Shown piece by piece: positions 26,557-41,219 of a DNA stretch of 64,000 bases. This stretch comes from the human T2T-CHM13v2.0 reference genome, Homo sapiens. Each line of letters starts with the position of its first letter. Position 1 is the stretch's first letter. A model generated the notes under the pieces. The model ran no database searches. It was not told the origin of the DNA and worked only from the letters and a program-made list of their open reading frames with translations. The DNA is taken from the NCBI RefSeq assembly GCF_009914755.1, contig NC_060936.1, one strand, 5' to 3'. The position numbers were made by a program, and so were the translations under genes.

Positions 26557-29115
26557 AATTGAAGATTAAATATCACTGAACAATCAGCATTTGATTTTAT
26601 CAAGGTTTTCCTGAAAGAGAATGATCTGTCTTTTCATATCAACACCAGCACTGTATTTATTTCAGCTGTTTTCATATTTTATTACATCCATTCTCTTGGC
26701 CACCCACTGTTAAAATGAAAATGCACGGAACCACTGAAACAAACAACTTGTTAGCAAATCACCATGTTGGTCCCTTAAATTAGGTATGCTTCCTAAATGA
26801 AATTGCATTGCATCTGATGATGAGTACAGCATAGAGTACATCCCTAATTTGGATTTTTAAATATCCAATTCCAGTTTTGAATTCTTCTCAGGTAAGAGAA
26901 ATAGACTAGTGAGAAAGAACAAGCTGGAGATTCCTAGTCTAGATAGCTGGGAACTGGAAAAGAAATCAAAATTCTGGGCGGATACTTAAGTGACATACAG
27001 GCACTAAAAGATAAAGCAAAATAGCCAGGAAGGGAGCAGAGGTAACTGGGAGATTGTCATAACTGGTTCTGTCCTAGAGCAGTAGCATTTCTGGAATCTT
27101 GTTAAAGCAGGACTTTATTCTTAGTTTAGCTAGTTTGATTGTCAGGTTGAGTTATTTGAGTGTTGTAGACTGAGAGACATACAAGCGAAGTGATTTTTGA
27201 CAGCATAATGTATGACCTCAAATCCTTTTTGATTGAATTATGTCATGGTTAAAGATGGTGCCAGTATACTTTCTTGAACAAATTAACCAACTTAAACTAA
27301 ATTATCTGCATGACCATAGCTCTTAGTAGCTAAAAAAAAGGCACATTGGATTCTTTGTGTGTTTTACTTCTGGATTTGAAATGACCATATTGAAATCTGA
27401 GTTGAAAATGCTTTCTCGTAGAGGATTATATATATCACTTTATAGGAAAAACAACTCAGTTTGAAAGCAGATGTGGTACTTCAGGATAGCACCAACAGTG
27501 TAATATAGTTGTTAAATTGGCCCAAAACATGAGCACATATATTTAAAAAAAAAAGTTGACAGAAAAAACATATCTCTTGGGAATGTAGGCTAGACCATCT
27601 GTCAAAGGGAGAATTGAAACCATATTTCCATTAGAAGTGGTCATTGATCATTTGGTGAAGATTTCTGTAGACAAATTGCATAGACTATGTCATCTTCTAG
27701 TATCTTATCTTATGTGTACAGGCCTCAGACATTCTTCAAGGAAAGGCAATTTGGTGCTTAGAATTTGAGCAGGATTGTTAAAAATGTGATTCCAGGAAAG
27801 GGGCTCTACAGACATCAGCTGGAGAAAAAGGTAGTTGGAGAAAACAGATAAAGGATGTATGTTAGATCTGGGAATCAGTAAATCAGCTATAGTATTCTCA
27901 AAGGTCAAATCCCAGAAGTAGCTCTGATTTTAAGAAAAATTTCTTTTGATTTACTTATTTGATATATAAGTGGGAAAAATCTATAAAAGAATTAACTGAA
28001 ACATCAATGAAGAAAGATCTGTTTTTTTCTTTCTGGTGGGGATACCTGGAGATAAACATTACCACATTACACAGAAATGCCTTAAATCATCGAGTGTTTT
28101 TTTTCCACTTATACTTATGCATACAGATAGTGTGTTAATAGCATTAACCTTGAACAATGATAGTGAGTGACAGAAAATTTATATATCCCATCTCAGAAAA
28201 TAGAGTTATCTGCTAATTTCTACAGTAAGTTTGGGGCATTTTGTTTTTAGCAAACAGGAAATCCTGGCACTTCCTCTGTTTAAATCCTTTATATGTATAA
28301 TACCACTTTAGTGTCTACATAGTATACACATCTTGCAGGTTTGTGTACAGATCAAATAAATACTGTTCACACTCATTATCATTAATATATGATTATTATT
28401 TAAGTTTTCCCATGTATGCACATTATTTGTCCCCCAAAAGGACTGGGAACTCCATGAAGCTGTGGATTGTTAGCTCTACTTCCATATATTCTCTATTGCA
28501 TTTACCACAGGCCTACACACTTAGTCGATGCATACACTTATTTGTTGATCATATGTAATATGCAAGTGAATAATATGTATGAAATTGCCTAATGGAATTT
28601 TAAGTATTCAATATACATAAATTATTAATGCACTTATTACTTAACCCCATTTATTCACATCTTCTGCTATGGCCAATACTGTCCAGTTATTAGTAAACTA
28701 AATAGACTATGTCATACTTTGGAAGCAGTACACAAACATTTTTTTTCTCTGTCTCACTGTTAGTGTTCACAGATAATGTAAAGCATTTAACAAATGTTAG
28801 TTTTTATTTGTCTTCAGAAGTTGTCTCAAAAACTTATGGCAAAGCAATATTTATATCCCACTGTGAGTTGACTTGCTGTATGTATGTTACTTGACTACAC
28901 ATATAAAGCAGAGGAACTTTTTACCTGAAAACAATATAAGTGGCTAACTTTTGATCCTCAGTGAGGAACACAAGTAGGTTCTTTTGTGGTTGTTCAGCCT
29001 GAACAATTTATGTTAACCTATGTTGACATGTACAAGAACAAACAGGACTATGTGTATTGAACAATGTGGGAGCTGAGGGGGAGGGGGAGGATGAAGTCTG
29101 AAAAAGATAGGAAGG

Positions 29116-29566
29116 TGTGATGATTAATGCTGAGTGTCAACTTGACTGGATTGGAGGATGCGGAGTATTGATCCTGGGTGTGTCTGTGAGGGTGTTGCCA
29201 AAGGAGATTAACATTTGAGTCAGTGGGCTGGGAAAGGCAGACCCACTCTTAATCTGTGTGGGCACCATCTAATCAGTTGCCATTGCAGCCAGAATACAAA
29301 GCAGGCAGAAAAACGTGAAAAGGCTAGACTGGCTTAGCCTCGCAGCCTACATCTTTCTCCCATGCTGGGTGCTTCCTGCCTTCGAACATCAGACTTCAAG
29401 TTATTCAGCTTTGGGACTCAGACTGGCTCTCCTTCCTCCTGAGCTTGCAGAGGGCCTATTGTGGGACCTTGTGATTGTGTGAGTTAATACTTAATAAACT
29501 CCCCTTTATATATGTATATATCTTATCCTATTAGTTATGTCCCTCTAGAGAACCGTGACTAATACT
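29116..29566 (+). mobile_element. MLT2A (MLT2A1-like, HERV-L) solo LTR
   Basis: 'tgtgatgattaatgctgagtgtcaacttg...ccctctagagaaccgtgactaatac' with AATAAA. Flanks gaagg/aaagg. Confidence 0.92.
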
Positions 29567-29793
29567 AAAGGGAGCAGGTACAACATCTTCCTGCGATTGA
29601 ATAGATGCCCTCTTCTTCTGTCTACCTCTCTGGGAGGTGACTGATAGAACTTTAACTGCTGTGCAGTGAATGTTTTTAATCTTTGCTATATTAAGGAGAA
29701 TCTTAGAGATAAGTTTTTTTTTCCAGTTGTCTCTCAGTGATCATTCTTGCTTGTGTGTATTCATTATGTCCCTATGCCTTAGTAGACCAGTGT

Positions 29794-30190
29794 TGTACTT
29801 GTCCATTCTTACGCTCCCATAAAGAACTACCTGAGACTGGATAATTTCTGAAGAAAAGAGGTTTAGTTGATTCACAGTTCGGCCAGCTGTACAGGAAGCA
29901 TGGCTGGGAGGCCTCAGGAAACTTACAATCATGGCAGAAGGCTGAAGGGGAAGCAAGTACATATTCATATGGTGGCAGGAGAGAGAGAGAGAGAGAGAGA
30001 GAGAGCGAAGGGGGAAGTGCTACATACTTTCAAACAACCACATCTTGTGAGAACTCACTCACTAGCACCAGAACAGCAAGGGGATAATCCAACCTATAAT
30101 CCAGTCACCTCCTACCAGGTCCCTCCCCCAACATGGAGGATTACAATTCAACATGAGATTTGGGTGGAGACACAGAGCCAAATCATATCA
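29794..30190 (-). mobile_element. MSTA-like MaLR solo LTR with (GA)n expansion
   Basis: 'gaagcatggctgggaggcctcaggaaacttacaatcatggc...gagccaaatcatatca'. Confidence 0.9.
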
Positions 30191-33019
30191 ACTCTACTGG
30201 GAAAGAAAATACAGTATATTTAGGGTCAAATATGATGACAATTTAGAAGCACTTACCTGATCATGACTTTGACTTAGAGTGTTAGTGTAGGAGGTTTCAA
30301 ATTATTCAAAACTGAATATTTTAACTCATTATTATCTTCATAAATCTTATAGATGGCTTCCTCATCCCATTATACATAACATTTTAGCAGTCTGCATATC
30401 CATGAAGAATAAGAATTTTTGAAATGTTCATATTTTTCAAAATATGAAAATTTGGACAACCATAGTGTAAATATTATGGTAACTAGAATTTTTATTTAAT
30501 CATCAGACATATATTTTTTCTTTTATATTTAGACGTTTATGTAATGGGCAAGCTGATCTTTAAAAATTATAAAAAAAGGTTCCATCATATACCCGCCTTT
30601 CTTACATCTACCTCAGCACGAACTTTAATAATTCTAAAAAATGTTTGACAATGTGATAATTTCCATTGTTTCAAAATTTTTATAATTAACCATAGACCTT
30701 AGTGATTAATTGGAATATTTGCAAAGCTTATTCTAAGATTATCTATTTTTGTGAAATAAGCTCAAATGCTTACTCCTTAAAATGTGTAATTTCTCCACAT
30801 CCGGTTACAAATAACACATTTTTAATTATGATTACAAATTTCTTTTCACTCATTACTCCTGTTCCTTAACTCCTACTGGCTTTTAGATAAAATCTTATTT
30901 TCTAACACACTTTTCTAATATACAATAATGACAGAATATCATGCTTAATGTCTCTTTTAAGTGCAAAGATGTATTTTACATGGCAATAGATTTTAGTCTT
31001 TGTTGGGAATGACTTTCCTACAGACTTAATCAAATCTGACTCAAAGTGTAGCATTTCCCTGATGCTCAGTTTAATAGTACTAGGATGAATGAGAATCTAT
31101 CTGCAGGAAATATAATATGAATTTCATTTACATTTTCATTCAGCTACTCAAACTATACAGTGATTTCAAAATAATGTAAAAAGCCACAGATTTCAGAGTT
31201 TTAAAAATTAACCTAACTAAAGAGAGTCATTCAGATATTTAAAAACAAAATCACTTCACTTATATTTTACAGCTCTCCTAAACATGGTTAGTTAAAGAAG
31301 ACTTAGGATAGCATCACATCATTATTATTATTGTTTCCATGATAAACATGTTAAATTGGAAGATATATTCGCACGACATATCCAAACAGCATTTCACTGA
31401 ATGAACAAAGACAAGACTGTCATGGCATTTCTCTTTGGGAGAACGCCTTTCCACTGCTCAGGCAAATGTATCACATTTTGAAAGGCTAGATCCTGAGGAT
31501 AGAATAAAGCAATAAAACATGACTAGGAAGAGCCTTTTTCTTATGCTGTTATTAACATCCATCAAAAACCCAGGGTCTTTTATAATACTGCTTTCAAACT
31601 GACTCCTTCCCATCAAAGAAAATTACTTATGACTTCATTCACAAAAACAGGCTTTTGGTTTCCCATCAATAAATGACAACATGTTTTTGCCAACCCAACC
31701 AATAGCTTGGTCTATTTTACATCAGATATGATATGAAGTTTCAGTCAGTGGAATCATTTATAGGTATAAAGCAGGAGAAGAAAGCTCAAAGTAGATAGGG
31801 GCTAAATATATTTAATCCACCATGTGTATTTTGCTATCCCAAAGGAATCAGATGTAAAAGTATTTCCCTCACTAAGCCTTCCTTCACCATTTAGAAAGAA
31901 ACTATGAAGTATGTTTATTATGAACTTTTGAACCATCTGAACTTATTCTATCCACTGAAATATTGCCTTGAAAATACCTTTTTTTTTGGTCAGCTAGTGA
32001 CATGACAGCTAAAGCTGTTATGTGCTGTATTATTCAGCAGGAAACTCTGAAAATTATATTTGTTAGTATTATCCCAAGTTCCCTGAAAATGAGTAAGCTG
32101 CATAGTGAATAATTAATATTGGCAGAGTCATTATAAACCTCTGCAGATAGACTCCATTGTACTCTACTGGAGTACATCCCAAGTACAAAGCTGCTTTGAT
32201 TTAATTCATTGTCCATTCCAGATTTGTTCTTCTTTTACTAGCCTGCCCTCTATGCAAGACATCATATAAATAAAATTACTGCTTCTGGCTTGAATCATCA
32301 CTAGACTTGAGTTAGTGGTTGCATGAAAGGCTAATTTAAACAACAGGCAGGGCCACTGCCTTATACAGAAGACAGGAAGGAGCTCTATCCACGACCATCT
32401 TTGGCAGTAAGGCTATGTGCAATTAGAATGAATCATATTCACATTACATGTGAAATATATCATACTAAGGTAAACTAAGAATTGCTCTTATAGAGTCAAG
32501 AATGAAAGAAAGCTTCAAAGGTCATTAGCCTGTCTTCTGGCTTTCACAGGGCTACAATTAAAAAGTCCTTGAGAATTATCTGCCAAGTCCTTAAAATTAT
32601 TCAGACAAGTAGGCACCACAGTCTCCTTCTGTGAGTCATTACCAGGTCTGCCAGCCTTTATAGTCAATAAGGTCTGCCTGCTATTTAACCCAGCCATGAA
32701 AATAGTCTCTGGTCCAAGTACAGGGGTCCCAGAAGAGATAGGCAGTGGATCTAATTTTTAAATGGTATGGAAATACAACAATTTAATATTTTTTTCTCTC
32801 TACCTTCCAGCACTTTTCCTTTTGGTTTTCTTGGTAATCAGTCCTTTTGAAAAGCTTCAGCGTATTAATCTGGTGAGACAGGCTCTTATTACAATATGGA
32901 ACTCTGTCTGGATGTAAATATGCCCCCAATCAAAATATATTCCTTCAAGAAGAGCACACAGTGAACAGAAGCCTGCCTGAAACATGGCCCCTGTCCCATA
33001 TCCCCAGATACCAGCAAAA

Positions 33020-33235
33020 CAACAATAACATGTAGAGAGTTAACTAGGTATCGGGCATTGATTTAGGATCCTATATTACATAAAATTCTCAAAATATTCT
33101 ATGAGATCATTCTTTCCATTTAACAAGTAAAAGCACGAGATTCAGAGGTCAGTAGCTTGCTTAAGTCATCCACTAATAAATGGCAGAACTTGGGTTTGAA
33201 CTCAGGCATTTTGGAATCAAAGTCTGTTTAACCCC
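33020..33235 (-). mobile_element. MIR SINE
   Basis: 'ccatttaacaagtaaaagcacgagattcagagg...taaatggcagaacttgggtttgaactcaggca'. Confidence 0.7.
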
Positions 33236-33689
33236 AACAAAGTAAATGCCATTAGATAATTAGGACTTTTCTTGTTTCCAAGAATTTAAAGTGAAGAATG
33301 AGATAAGAAGCACAGAATAAAGCAGGGAGGGTCATAGTAAATGTTAGAAAAATTTGAAGAAAAATTATTAACTTTATCATATTTATCATATTAAGAATTA
33401 TGAGAGAGCTTTCAATATGGTAGGAAGCAACTTGTCACATAGGTGCAGGAGAATTATGAGAAGTATTTCTGGCAAACTGTAACTTGCTATTTATTTTGAT
33501 TATCATAATTCCTGAGCCACAATGGATAGAAATGGGCTATTCCAAGATAAATTTTCAGATATGATGATATAACTTTTTGTGGTTTTGAGGAAGACCCCAA
33601 CAGGGAGTAACTCATTCTTTGATGTAATAATCCCTCTAACCCCTAATCAAAGCAGGAGTTACTTTACAATGTCTCCAAACATTTTTGTT

Positions 33690-34942
33690 TGCCTATGTGT
33701 TTTTCAAGTCTGCAGTCTTTTTCCTGATGTTCATAAAATATGATTTGGAACCTTCTCTTCAAACCCTTGACTTTCCTTTTCTTCCTTCAATCTCAGCAGA
33801 TGGCTATATATCCTATTACAATGAGAACATGATGATGTAAAATAGAAACTGTCTCTTTCCCACCACTAAACTGATAAATATGCTTAACTTCTCCTCTGAT
33901 TTTCACTTCTCCTTTCCAAGATTTATCTTTCCATTTCCACTTGTTTTCCTAGGAACCACTTTCTATGAATTCCTCCCTCTCTTTTTTCCTTTTCTTCCTG
34001 TTTCTTTTTCCTTTGCAACAATCTTTAAATGAAACTGTCTCTCTTATTATCAAACTAAACAAGTAAATTACACAAAGTAAGATAACGTTATTATTCACCT
34101 ATTGTCTACCACCAGTTACCTTCCTCTTTCTCTCTTGTCCTTTGTGTGCAACTCACTTAAAATAGTTGTCTACTTACTTTCTTAATTTACTAACTTCTAA
34201 TTCATTTCTTCCTTCTTTCTGGTTTCTAGCCCCCAGTATGCCATTAATATTTCTCTTGACAAGTTTATCACTTCCTTTTTTGAAAATGCAATGGGTGTTT
34301 CTCAGCCACCTTTCAGCATCATATACTGCTATTGAGTAATCCTTTCTTGAGGCATTGCCTCTCCCGAGCTTCTATGACACCAAACTAGCTTGGTTTGTTT
34401 CTTCTTTCTTTACTCTTAAAAATTTTCCTTACCTGTACTCCTTCCACTTCATAATGTAATTTTCATATTTCATTCTCTTCTCTCTTGAGGGAGAAGTCTT
34501 CCCAAAAAATTGCATCTAACCTGATGACTCTAATCCCAAACTATATGCTAATAATTCCTTAATAAATAATTCTAATCAAATACTTCTCATTAACATCAGA
34601 TCTACTGATCTAACTTTCTATAGGACACTATATGTGGTTATTCTGACTCCTCAAATTTAACACACAATTTTCTTTTCTGTCTCATTTTTTTAAGAGCAAG
34701 TTCTTTACCTAGTTGCCCAACTATAAACTTGAATGTTAATCTTGACTTCCGACTTCCTCGTCCCTCATATCCATTCAATTTCAGTGTCCTGTCTGTTCAG
34801 TCTCTTGCATATCTTACAACCAGTCAGCTTTTCTCCACTGCCACTACCCAGATTCAGGCTGCCAACATCTCTCACCTGGATTTCTGAAACAGTCTCCTAA
34901 TTTGTCTTTTGACCTTTAAAAGGCATACCTGACCATGTCATG
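33690..34942 (+). mobile_element. L2 LINE fragment
   Basis: Pyrimidine-rich L2 motifs 'ttctatgacacc', 'atccttgacttcc' and 'catctctcacctggatttctgaaacagtctcctaa'. Boundaries approximate. Confidence 0.7.
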
Positions 34943-34943
34943 C

Positions 34944-35794
34944 TTTTTTTTTTTTTGGTATTATTATACTTTAAGTTCTGGGATACATGTACAGAATGTG
35001 CAGGTTTGTTACATAGGTATACAGCCATGGTGGTTTGCTGCACCCATCAACCCGTCATCCACATTAGGTATTTCTCCTAATGCTATCCCTTCCCGAGCAC
35101 CCCACCCTCCAACAGGCCCCAGTGTGTGATGTTCCCCTCCCTGTGTCCATGTGTTCTCATTGTTCAGCTCCCACTTATGAGTGAGAACATGCAGTGTTTG
35201 ATTTTCTGTTTCTGTGTTAGTTTGCTGAGAATGATGGTTTCTAGCTTCATCCATTTCCCTACAAAGGACATGAACTCATCCTTTTTTATGGCTGCATAGT
35301 ATTCCATGGTGTATATGTGCCACATTTTCTTTATCCAGTCTATCATTGATAGGCATGTGGGTTGGTTCCAAGTCGTTGCTATTGTGAATAGTGCTGCAAT
35401 AAACATATGTGTGCATGTGTCTTTATAGTAGAATGATTTATATTCCTTTGGTTATATACCCAGTAATGGGATGGCTGGGTCACACGGTATTTCTAGTTCT
35501 AGATCCCTGAGGAATCACCACACTGTCTTCCACAATGGTTGAACTAATTTACACTCACACCAACAGTGCAAAAGCATTCTAATTTTTCCATATCCTCTCC
35601 AGCATCTGTTGTTTCCTGACTTTTTAATGATCACCATTCTAACTGGCATGATATGATATCTTATTGTGGTTTTGATTTGCATTTCTCTAATGACCAGTGA
35701 TGTTGAGCTTTTTTTCATATGTTTGTTGGCTGTATAAATTTCTTCTTTTGAGAAGTGTCTACTCATATCATTTGCCCACTTTTTCATGGGGTTG
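34944..35794 (-). mobile_element. 5'-truncated L1PA 3' end (about 850 bp)
   Basis: Poly(T) tail followed by the antisense of the L1PA 3'UTR and ORF2 C-terminus. Colinear with about 18760-19590. Confidence 0.95.
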
Positions 35795-35898
35795 AAATAC
35801 TTCTCATTTGAAACACCTCTAGTTGTGTGTAGAACTCAAGAACTTCACTTAGTGATGACATCTGTTCTGGGCCAAAAGGACACATCCGACAACAGAAA

Positions 35899-35955
35899 GG
35901 AAGTAGCTGAGAAACTGCTTTCAATGTCGGAAGGAGCTGAGAAACTGCTTTCAAT
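35899..35955. repeat. 27-bp tandem duplication (period 30)
   Basis: ggaagtagctgagaaactgctttcaat and ggaaggagctgagaaactgctttcaat, separated by gtc. Confidence 0.9.
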
Positions 35956-38471
35956 TTCCTAGGCCTCTGTGCTTCTGAGACTTTTGATATGATTTTATCT
36001 GGGTAAGATATCTGGCTTTTGTAAGTCTGATTTGGCAGTCTGATCATTTGTGTTAGCTTGGATGCAATACTTCTTTAGACTCATTTAACAGTATTCTGTT
36101 GATATTTATAATAAAGTATATGACGTTTACCAAGGCAGCTGAATTCATGCCTCTCCCTCTCAATTTCCTTAGGCAGAACACTTTAGAACACTTTATTTTC
36201 CATTTGATTATAAAATATTTCAAGGAAAATTCAAGCTCAGCTTTACAATCCATTAGTAACTCAAACTGTTTGCATTTTAAGCAGATTTAAATTGCATCGG
36301 TAACTTTTATTTCAAAAAACATATATATTCTTTTGGAGAACAATGCTAACTAAGGACATAAGTGGGTAATTGTTGAACTTAGCATTATAGACAGATGATT
36401 TCATTAGATATTATAATCACAATATCTGTGGATAAAGACTCCATCACACATTGCACTTGGCCTTATAGTATAAAAGAGCTAAGTATCCATTTATTACAAA
36501 TGGACTGTGGTAACATTAGCTGTTCTGAGAGTTCCTGGAAATATGGTTATTCTATCTACCTCTTAAGGGAAACAATTGATATTTACTGCCTCAGAGGCTC
36601 TGATGAGTAGATGGAGGAAGGCATGGAAGGGGGGTAGTAGAATCGAGTTATGAGAACAAGATGTATTGCCATGTTTGCTGCAAAGGCAGACTGAACACAA
36701 TTAGTCTCAGAAGATAGCATATAAATCAGGATATTCTGACATAAGAATATAGGAGAGATCTTTAATGGAACTGATTTCATAGGCTTGGTGAGTCATAAAA
36801 AGTCCTCTTGAAAAACTGCAATAATAATTAGACATCTGCCAAGTTTTCAGTGTTGACGTTTGCTGGAGGACTGCAAACTTTCCTGAAATCTGTTTTTTTG
36901 AAAACATTTTCTCAGCTAATTACAAAAGTTTTTTTTTTTTTAAATCAGAATATCCTATGTGAATCCTTTCAATGAAAATATAAATACGCTGGGAAGAAGA
37001 AACATGGTATAGTTCCCTGTTGGAATTTCTCTTAAGTTAAATATTTCAACTCTATTGAAATGCAAGTTGTAATTTTAAAATATCTAAATTGCTATAAGTG
37101 TTTTAAAAGTTCTTGTGACAGTCTTGCTAAAATTTTGCTTTGTAAAAATCAAATAGGAATTTGAATTTCACAAAAATAACTTTTAAGAAAATAGCAAGCA
37201 AGAGTGGAAAGGAACATATTTGCTCAATTCATCACAACACAGATAATTTTACGCTAAATGCATTAGGTTTTGAGAAGTGTGAAAATTCCATTTTTTTTTT
37301 GCCATCCCATCAGCAGAATTTCTTCATTCATTGCTTTTTTTTAAAAAACAATGAATAAATTGGGCTTTTCTGAAATAAACTAAAGAAAGTTTCCCATAAA
37401 TTAGAATCCTGTGAAGGATATTTTTTCTCCGCCCACTCATGTGCAAGTACCACTTCATTTTAGCAGCATGTTTTGATTTGTTCTTACGGGTGTGTACAAC
37501 ATGTTCAGAAATGGTGAAAGAGATTCCTTTATAGTAGTTTCAGAAAATTCTGTGACTTTAAGAATATTTCTTTACTTCTAACCAAATGCTGGAGAAGTAA
37601 GTGTGTAGAACTAGTATTCTGGCTTACAAACTAATCCTGAAATGTTTCTTGTGTGCAGTATAGCTGTTAGCTTCACTTTTTTCCATGCCTTCCATCTAAA
37701 AGCAATGCGAGCTATCTAATCCTCTGGGAATGAAGACTGGTCAGGTAATTAAAATAAATGATGACAGACAGAAGTCACAGATCCAAGCACTATGTAAGGC
37801 TGCAGTCTCTATTCAGTCCCAGCTGATAGTGGCCATGCCTGTATTCAAGCCCAGTGTGGTAGATTCTGGTAGAATCTTTGTTTCAAGGGGATTTGTGAGA
37901 TATCACTACTGATATGTGAATTCTCTCCAATTTAAATGTTGACCAGGAAAATCATAAATGTGGATTATCATCTGTGGCCTAAGAACTTCTAGTTTTCCAT
38001 ATCTCATATATGGGGTGTTTGTATTATATGTTCCTACCAAGCTGGAAAAAACCCTGAGATGTATAAACCTAAAATTAATTAGCTTATCTTCTTGATGTAG
38101 CATCTTCATTAAATTTTATTTAATGTTATATATTTGGTTCCCATTGAGAATTGATATGCAAAATGACACTATGAAGAATATATTTGAGTATGCTACAAAG
38201 CTTATCAGTAGATGTGGTTTATTAGGTGTTAAGTGTTATTTTTATAAGGATTCATGAGACAAATTCATTTTAGATTTTAACACTAGTAAAAAGAGATTTT
38301 TTAATGTAATGAGAATTACATAATACGTAATTCCCTTTAAAAATGTGCAAATATAAAAGGAAGTGTACTTAAAATTTATTCTCAGAGTAATTACATGTAT
38401 TTTAGAGAGTGATAATTTGTATATTTCTCCATTTACAAGATTTTGGATTTCTTACTCTCTCAACAGCTTAA

Positions 38472-38545
38472 TAGATATAGATATATAGACATAGATATAT
38501 AAATATAGATATATAGATATTGATATACATATGTTTGTGTGTGTG
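38472..38545. repeat. (ATAGAT)n-like simple repeat
   Basis: Seen directly in the sequence. Confidence 0.8.
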
Positions 38546-39155
38546 TTTTAAGTGCTTTAAGTCATTATATGGGTTGTAATATACAATTTTAAGTAGAAAT
38601 AAAAAATTTTGGAATTTTTTCTGTTACAGTATCTGTAAAATGTTGATACTTTATCAAAATCTTAAGACATCTGAATAAGAACCAAATTTTGTAATAAACT
38701 TGGGAAGTGGCAAATTACATTTAAATGCTTTTTCTTTTCTTAACTAATCCACAATAATTTATTAATCAATGATAATGGTTAATATTACCCCTCTGGAAAA
38801 GGCTTATTATTTCAGCAAGTATACTTCTGCAACCTATAGTAATATGGAACAAAAATAACAGTATACCTCATCAAAGAAGATATTTGTGGGGTAGTATACT
38901 TTTTAATACCATTCTGTTGTATCTCTCTCTCTCTCTGTATGTGTGTATGTATATATATATATGTATATCTCACTGGCTTTACTCTGTGTTGTTATTTGTA
39001 TAAGTTCCCTCTTTAGGTAGGTCAACATACATGGTATATGAAAATAGTATTTATTGTTGAGGAAATTATGCTAGGTAATTTTAGACAGAAAATAAACCTT
39101 CCAAAGAAATGTTAGAATTTTTGGATTGCATTTGTTTTAAAATTAGCTTTCTCTG

Positions 39156-39459
<304 letters not shown>

Positions 39460-41219
39460 TTACTAATTCACTAGATAAACTCTTTATCAAGTTCAATTAG
39501 TTCGTATATTTTGTGGGGGATGGTTTTGGGTATGATTATCGGTGGGTTTAAACTTTGTTTTAGAACAGGTTCCATTTCTTTTTAACTTTTGTATCCTTTT
39601 ATAACCTAAGGAAAATAATACGTGTATTTTATGTTTTAAACAAAGCCTTTTTGAAAGATATACCATATTTAAATAATTTTGAAAACAGTGACATCAGAAA
39701 AATATTTTGTGCATTACTGTATACTTTTGAGTTAAGCTGACATAATTTGTATTGATATACTTATTTCAGGTTAGAAACAAAGCTTTCTGAATTATTATTG
39801 AATAATTGCCTTCTTCCTATATTTTGAGCATAATAAATGGTGTTAAATAAATATTGTTTTAAATTCCCATTTTTAATATAGCCAACGTAGGTTCATTATT
39901 GAGATGTTCATAAAGTCCAATGGGAAATGCTCTAAATTGGTCTTGAAAAATATTAAGAAATTGCACATTTTCAAATTTGTTTCAAAATTTATGCACTTAA
40001 GATACTTTTCATTTAAGGCCTTTATTTTTGCAAATATTTCTGCTGGCATCACACTGATCACATGACCTTTCATTCACTCCAAAAGGGAACGTTTTCTTTC
40101 AATGATTCAGAGAAAATGCTTTCCCTAGCAACGCTAATTTAACATAGTAAGAACGGAGTTTTTTTTAATGTCTAAAAGAAGCTTTATGTTCTCTATCAAA
40201 GGCCTTTTTCCCTGTCCTAAGTAAATAATGGATTAAAAAATAGAGTTGCCAGCTTCCCCACTTTGCATGTCTAATCTTCACAGTAGAAAAATATATACTT
40301 AGTAAAAAAAGGCTCAGTAGTCATAATTTTGTAGTACTTTTCAGAAAGTTAACGCAACTTATATTTCTGTTTCCAAGTGGCTTCAAACTTGAGCATCTGT
40401 AGGGAATTGGTGGAGTGTGTATTAATTAATTTGTTCCAAATGCTACTTGTAATTAATATATGAGACCTTAGTTTCATGTATTAAGTTGTGTTGCTACTTC
40501 TTTGGTTTGCTTTGCCACTGAGTCCCTTACTCAGGTTCACACATCATGTGAAGAATATTGCACTTTCAGTTCTTGATTCAATTCCATGTTTCTCTGCCAA
40601 GTCCCATCTAGGCATCTGACATGTAACAAGCATACATAATTGTACAGACTAATAGCTAATGAATAATTAAATTTTCTCTTTTCAGTTTAATGAGAACATT
40701 TCTATGGTAAAAGTATGCTACTGTTACCAGAATGCAATAACATTTTGTGTGGGGAAGGGAACTGAATGCATGGATTCATCATTAATATCTGGGGATTAAT
40801 TATTTTCTAGTTAAAGTGTATTAAGAGCTGGCTGATGAGTTTCTAGTTTATGGCTTATTTGAGGTTCTCCACTGTTCAGGTCTACTATTCATAAACATAT
40901 ATAAAAATGTTCACATTTCCATGTGATATAGTAAAAGAATAAAATTGTCCTGTGAAGGTCTCTATTTTCATGTCAGCTTTGCTATTATTTGCATACTATT
41001 TTCATGACTTTGAAGAAGTCACTAGACTTCTACAAGCTTTTACTTTCTCAGTCATGCTCAACTTCCTTTGTGGAACTAATAGGAGATTCAAGTGAGATAA
41101 TGTATGCAATATTATTTTGTAGTTTAGAAAATATTATATAAACTGTCAGAGCTTTTGCCACTGTTGTTGGTAATCATTATTTATTTGATTGTCTAAACAT
41201 TCGGTGAGATAGTCAAGGC

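Noticed and set aside
24265-26897. Possible plus-strand exons (acceptor tttctccag at 24264, donor CAG|gtaaga at 26892)
   Set aside because: Isolated splice-like motifs are expected by chance in 64 kb. There is no reading frame or transcript support.
30429-30450. Hairpin ttcatatttt-tc-aaaatatgaa
   Set aside because: A 10-bp AT-only stem is plausible by chance in this base composition.
31975-32100. Possible minus-strand exon (acceptor near 32083, donor near 31978)
   Set aside because: The donor is weak, no coding signal is visible, and it cannot be supported from sequence alone.
35899-35955. CRISPR-like direct repeats
   Set aside because: Only two units with a 3-nt gap in eukaryotic DNA. It is a simple duplication.
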